Assembly: GCA_034435815.1 (NCBI GenBank)
Contig: DAOTWK010000239.1
Coordinates: 1-38,534, forward strand
DNA: 38,534 bases
Direction of reading: 5' to 3'
Source: Anaerolineae bacterium
Lineage (GTDB): Bacteria; Chloroflexota; Anaerolineae; B4-G1; DUEL01
In this document: positions 36,822-38,534 of the stretch, piece by piece
Layout: each line of letters opens with the position of its first letter
How positions within the stretch are numbered: position 1 is the stretch's first letter
The notes under the pieces: model-generated
Told to the model about the DNA's origin: nothing
Databases searched by the model: none
What the model saw: the letters and a program-made list of their open reading frames with translations, nothing else
Made by a program: the position numbers and the translations under genes

Positions 36822-38362
36822 GCTCCAGAAGGATTTAATGCCAGGGCGGGGTCAACGAAATATTTCCACCAATCGTTGGCTTTCCCGTCGGGCCCGCAAT
36901 CTCTGGCCGAGGGGGTATGCCTGAACCAGTATGCCAGATAGTCAAAATCCATACAATTCCAGGCCGAGCAGTTAACGGGTTTTGCCGTAGCACTCGGGTC
37001 ACCCAAATAGGGATAGTTGAAGAAGTCATCGCAAGTGGAAGGGGTGTACGAGGAGTTGCGATAATCATAATCCCTTTGTCCATTCGGTGGATAATGGATG
37101 TTCCCGCACCCGCTGTAGGAGTAGTCAGGCGAGAGAGCCTTCACTAGAGCAAATCGCTCCCAGTTATGGCTTGTTCGGTTTTGCTGCCAACTCCCGTAGA
37201 CCTTCGTCATGGCGGCTTCCATACGGTGTCCGAAGTTGTGAATAGCGCAATCCAGTCCCCGCTCAGGGCTTGGCCCCATAATCGGGATCAACCGCTGACA
37301 ATTGTGAGGCCCTGAGACCGGAGGGGAATTGTACCAGTACGCCCCAGGGCCAACCAGAGTGGATTCATAGAATCCAAAATAGGGGCCGTTATAAATCCAG
37401 ACCTCGTCTATTTCGCCGCGATTGGCTTTGCCGCAAATATCCAGCGCGGATGAATTGACAATAGCGTTATAATCCACTGTGTCCGGAGAGTGAGGCGGCT
37501 TTTGGCCGGTGATGACGGCAAGATATTCGGCCTCCGTGTAGCGGAATCCATCTATCTTGGCGGGCCAGCCGTCGGTAACGATCGTTGTGTAGATGACGTT
37601 GTATTGGAGCCTGTTGTTGGTGACCTGGCGGAAGAACTCTATCGTCCCCTGAGTCAAGACAGTATGATCGTTCCAGCCAAGATAATCGCTAAGATATTGG
37701 CCGTTGCTCAAGATTGGGTCGTAAACAATTACGTAGACGTTTCTCCGGAGAGCCTCCTGCGGGTAGGAACGGGTGACAAGAGGAAGAAAGGCACGCGGAG
37801 AGAGGGAATCGTCTTGTATGGTCATTGCTTTGGTGTCCGGCGAGATCTCGCGGGTCGCTATTACCTCCGAGAAGGCCGCATCAGGGGCAGGTATCGTGAA
37901 AGTAATGTTTTCTGGCACCAGTGTAATCTGTACATTGCCTACCCGAGGCTTACCCAACTCCGTCAGCACGGAATATGTCCTACTGGTAAGTGATTGCTGA
38001 CGGCCCCCTTCTAATTGCCCATTTTGTACCGTTGCGGAGAAATCAATAGCATAAAGGTAGAAGCTCCCGCAGGAATCTCTCTCCCCGTATTCCCTGGCGT
38101 TGACAATGGCCTGAATCCCTATCTGAGCAAGGGCTTTCTGGGCCTGATTGGCGATTTCTGGCCGTTCTGGTCCGTTCACCCATACCCAGCCGCTACCCGG
38201 AGTGCAGTTGGCCGGCGGCCTGGGTGTAGCCACGAGTTCTGAAGACCGGGCCATTACTATCGCCCGAGTTAGCGTTACTGAAGCGGGGGTAATATTCAAT
38301 AACAACAATAAGATAGACAAAAAGGCGAGTGCGAGCGACGGGGCTTTCAATTCACCTCCCAT
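36812..38362 (-). CDS. Secreted or membrane-anchored Cys-rich hypothetical protein
   Basis: 516-aa ORF with an N-terminal hydrophobic segment LALAFLSILLLLL. It overlaps the FkbM start by 10 nt. It contains AIHNFGHRMEAAM. The start could instead be TTG 38350, after GGGAGGTG. Confidence 0.55.
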   Translation of the reverse strand: MGGELKAPSLALAFLSILLLLLNITPASVTLTRAIVMARSSELVATPRPPANCTPGSGWVWVNGPERPEIANQAQKALAQIGIQAIVNAREYGERDSCGSFYLYAIDFSATVQNGQLEGGRQQSLTSRTYSVLTELGKPRVGNVQITLVPENITFTIPAPDAAFSEVIATREISPDTKAMTIQDDSLSPRAFLPLVTRSYPQEALRRNVYVIVYDPILSNGQYLSDYLGWNDHTVLTQGTIEFFRQVTNNRLQYNVIYTTIVTDGWPAKIDGFRYTEAEYLAVITGQKPPHSPDTVDYNAIVNSSALDICGKANRGEIDEVWIYNGPYFGFYESTLVGPGAYWYNSPPVSGPHNCQRLIPIMGPSPERGLDCAIHNFGHRMEAAMTKVYGSWQQNRTSHNWERFALVKALSPDYSYSGCGNIHYPPNGQRDYDYRNSSYTPSTCDDFFNYPYLGDPSATAKPVNCSAWNCMDFDYLAYWFRHTPSARDCGPDGKANDWWKYFVDPALALNPSGACP

Positions 38363-38381
38363 AATGCAGTGGGTGCCGTCT

Positions 38382-38409
38382 ATTATAATCCAGATTGACC
38401 GAGTAGCAA
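38382..38409 (-). promoter_or_regulatory. Candidate promoter of the 38362-33904 operon (TTGCTA-N16-TATAAT on the minus strand)
   Basis: Plus-strand attata is at 38382-38387 and tagcaa at 38404-38409. Confidence 0.35.
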
Positions 38410-38534
38410 CTCCTCCGAAACCACCCTGACCCCCTCTCGCCGCAGGAGGGCTACCACAACGCCCTCTCCGGCAACCAGCCGTCGGCTATGCGTCCCGTCG
38501 TAGATGCCGGAGGGGCTGCAGGAGGGGCTGCGGG

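Overview
This is a high-GC (about 60-65% by eye), gene-dense bacterial chromosomal segment. Most genes lie on the minus strand (29-1846, 6.5-26.4 kb and 33-38.4 kb).

Core genes:
- tungsten-type aldehyde:ferredoxin oxidoreductase, HypE, TyrRS, an alpha/beta hydrolase, tRNA-Met(CAT) and TrmD
- a TPR protein, a xanthine-dehydrogenase-family Mo subunit, class V FBP aldolase/phosphatase and an FAD oxidoreductase
- MltG, RuvX, AlaRS and a ~1989-aa thioester-containing alpha-2-macroglobulin lipoprotein
- an envelope-type operon: amidase, DeoC-like aldolase, signal peptidase I, FkbM methyltransferase and a secreted Cys-rich protein

Accessory modules: two restriction-modification pairs and one MntA/HepT toxin-antitoxin pair sit between housekeeping genes. 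In each, the toxic partner is broken by frameshifts or a nonsense codon (both endonucleases, HepT, and also MntA). Both methyltransferases are intact. A NarL-type response regulator is also frameshifted and 3'-truncated.

Short tandem repeats: 7-8 nt repeat words fill the short spacers next to start codons. The same word families recur at distant loci, and two of them bracket single genes.

I saw no CRISPR array, transposase, integrase or rRNA. I found no clearly novel multi-gene system. The best candidates for follow-up are the decayed defence modules with their unusual methyltransferases, and the repeat-word families.

All functional calls come from motif recognition in the supplied translations and from my own reading of the DNA. 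No database search was possible.
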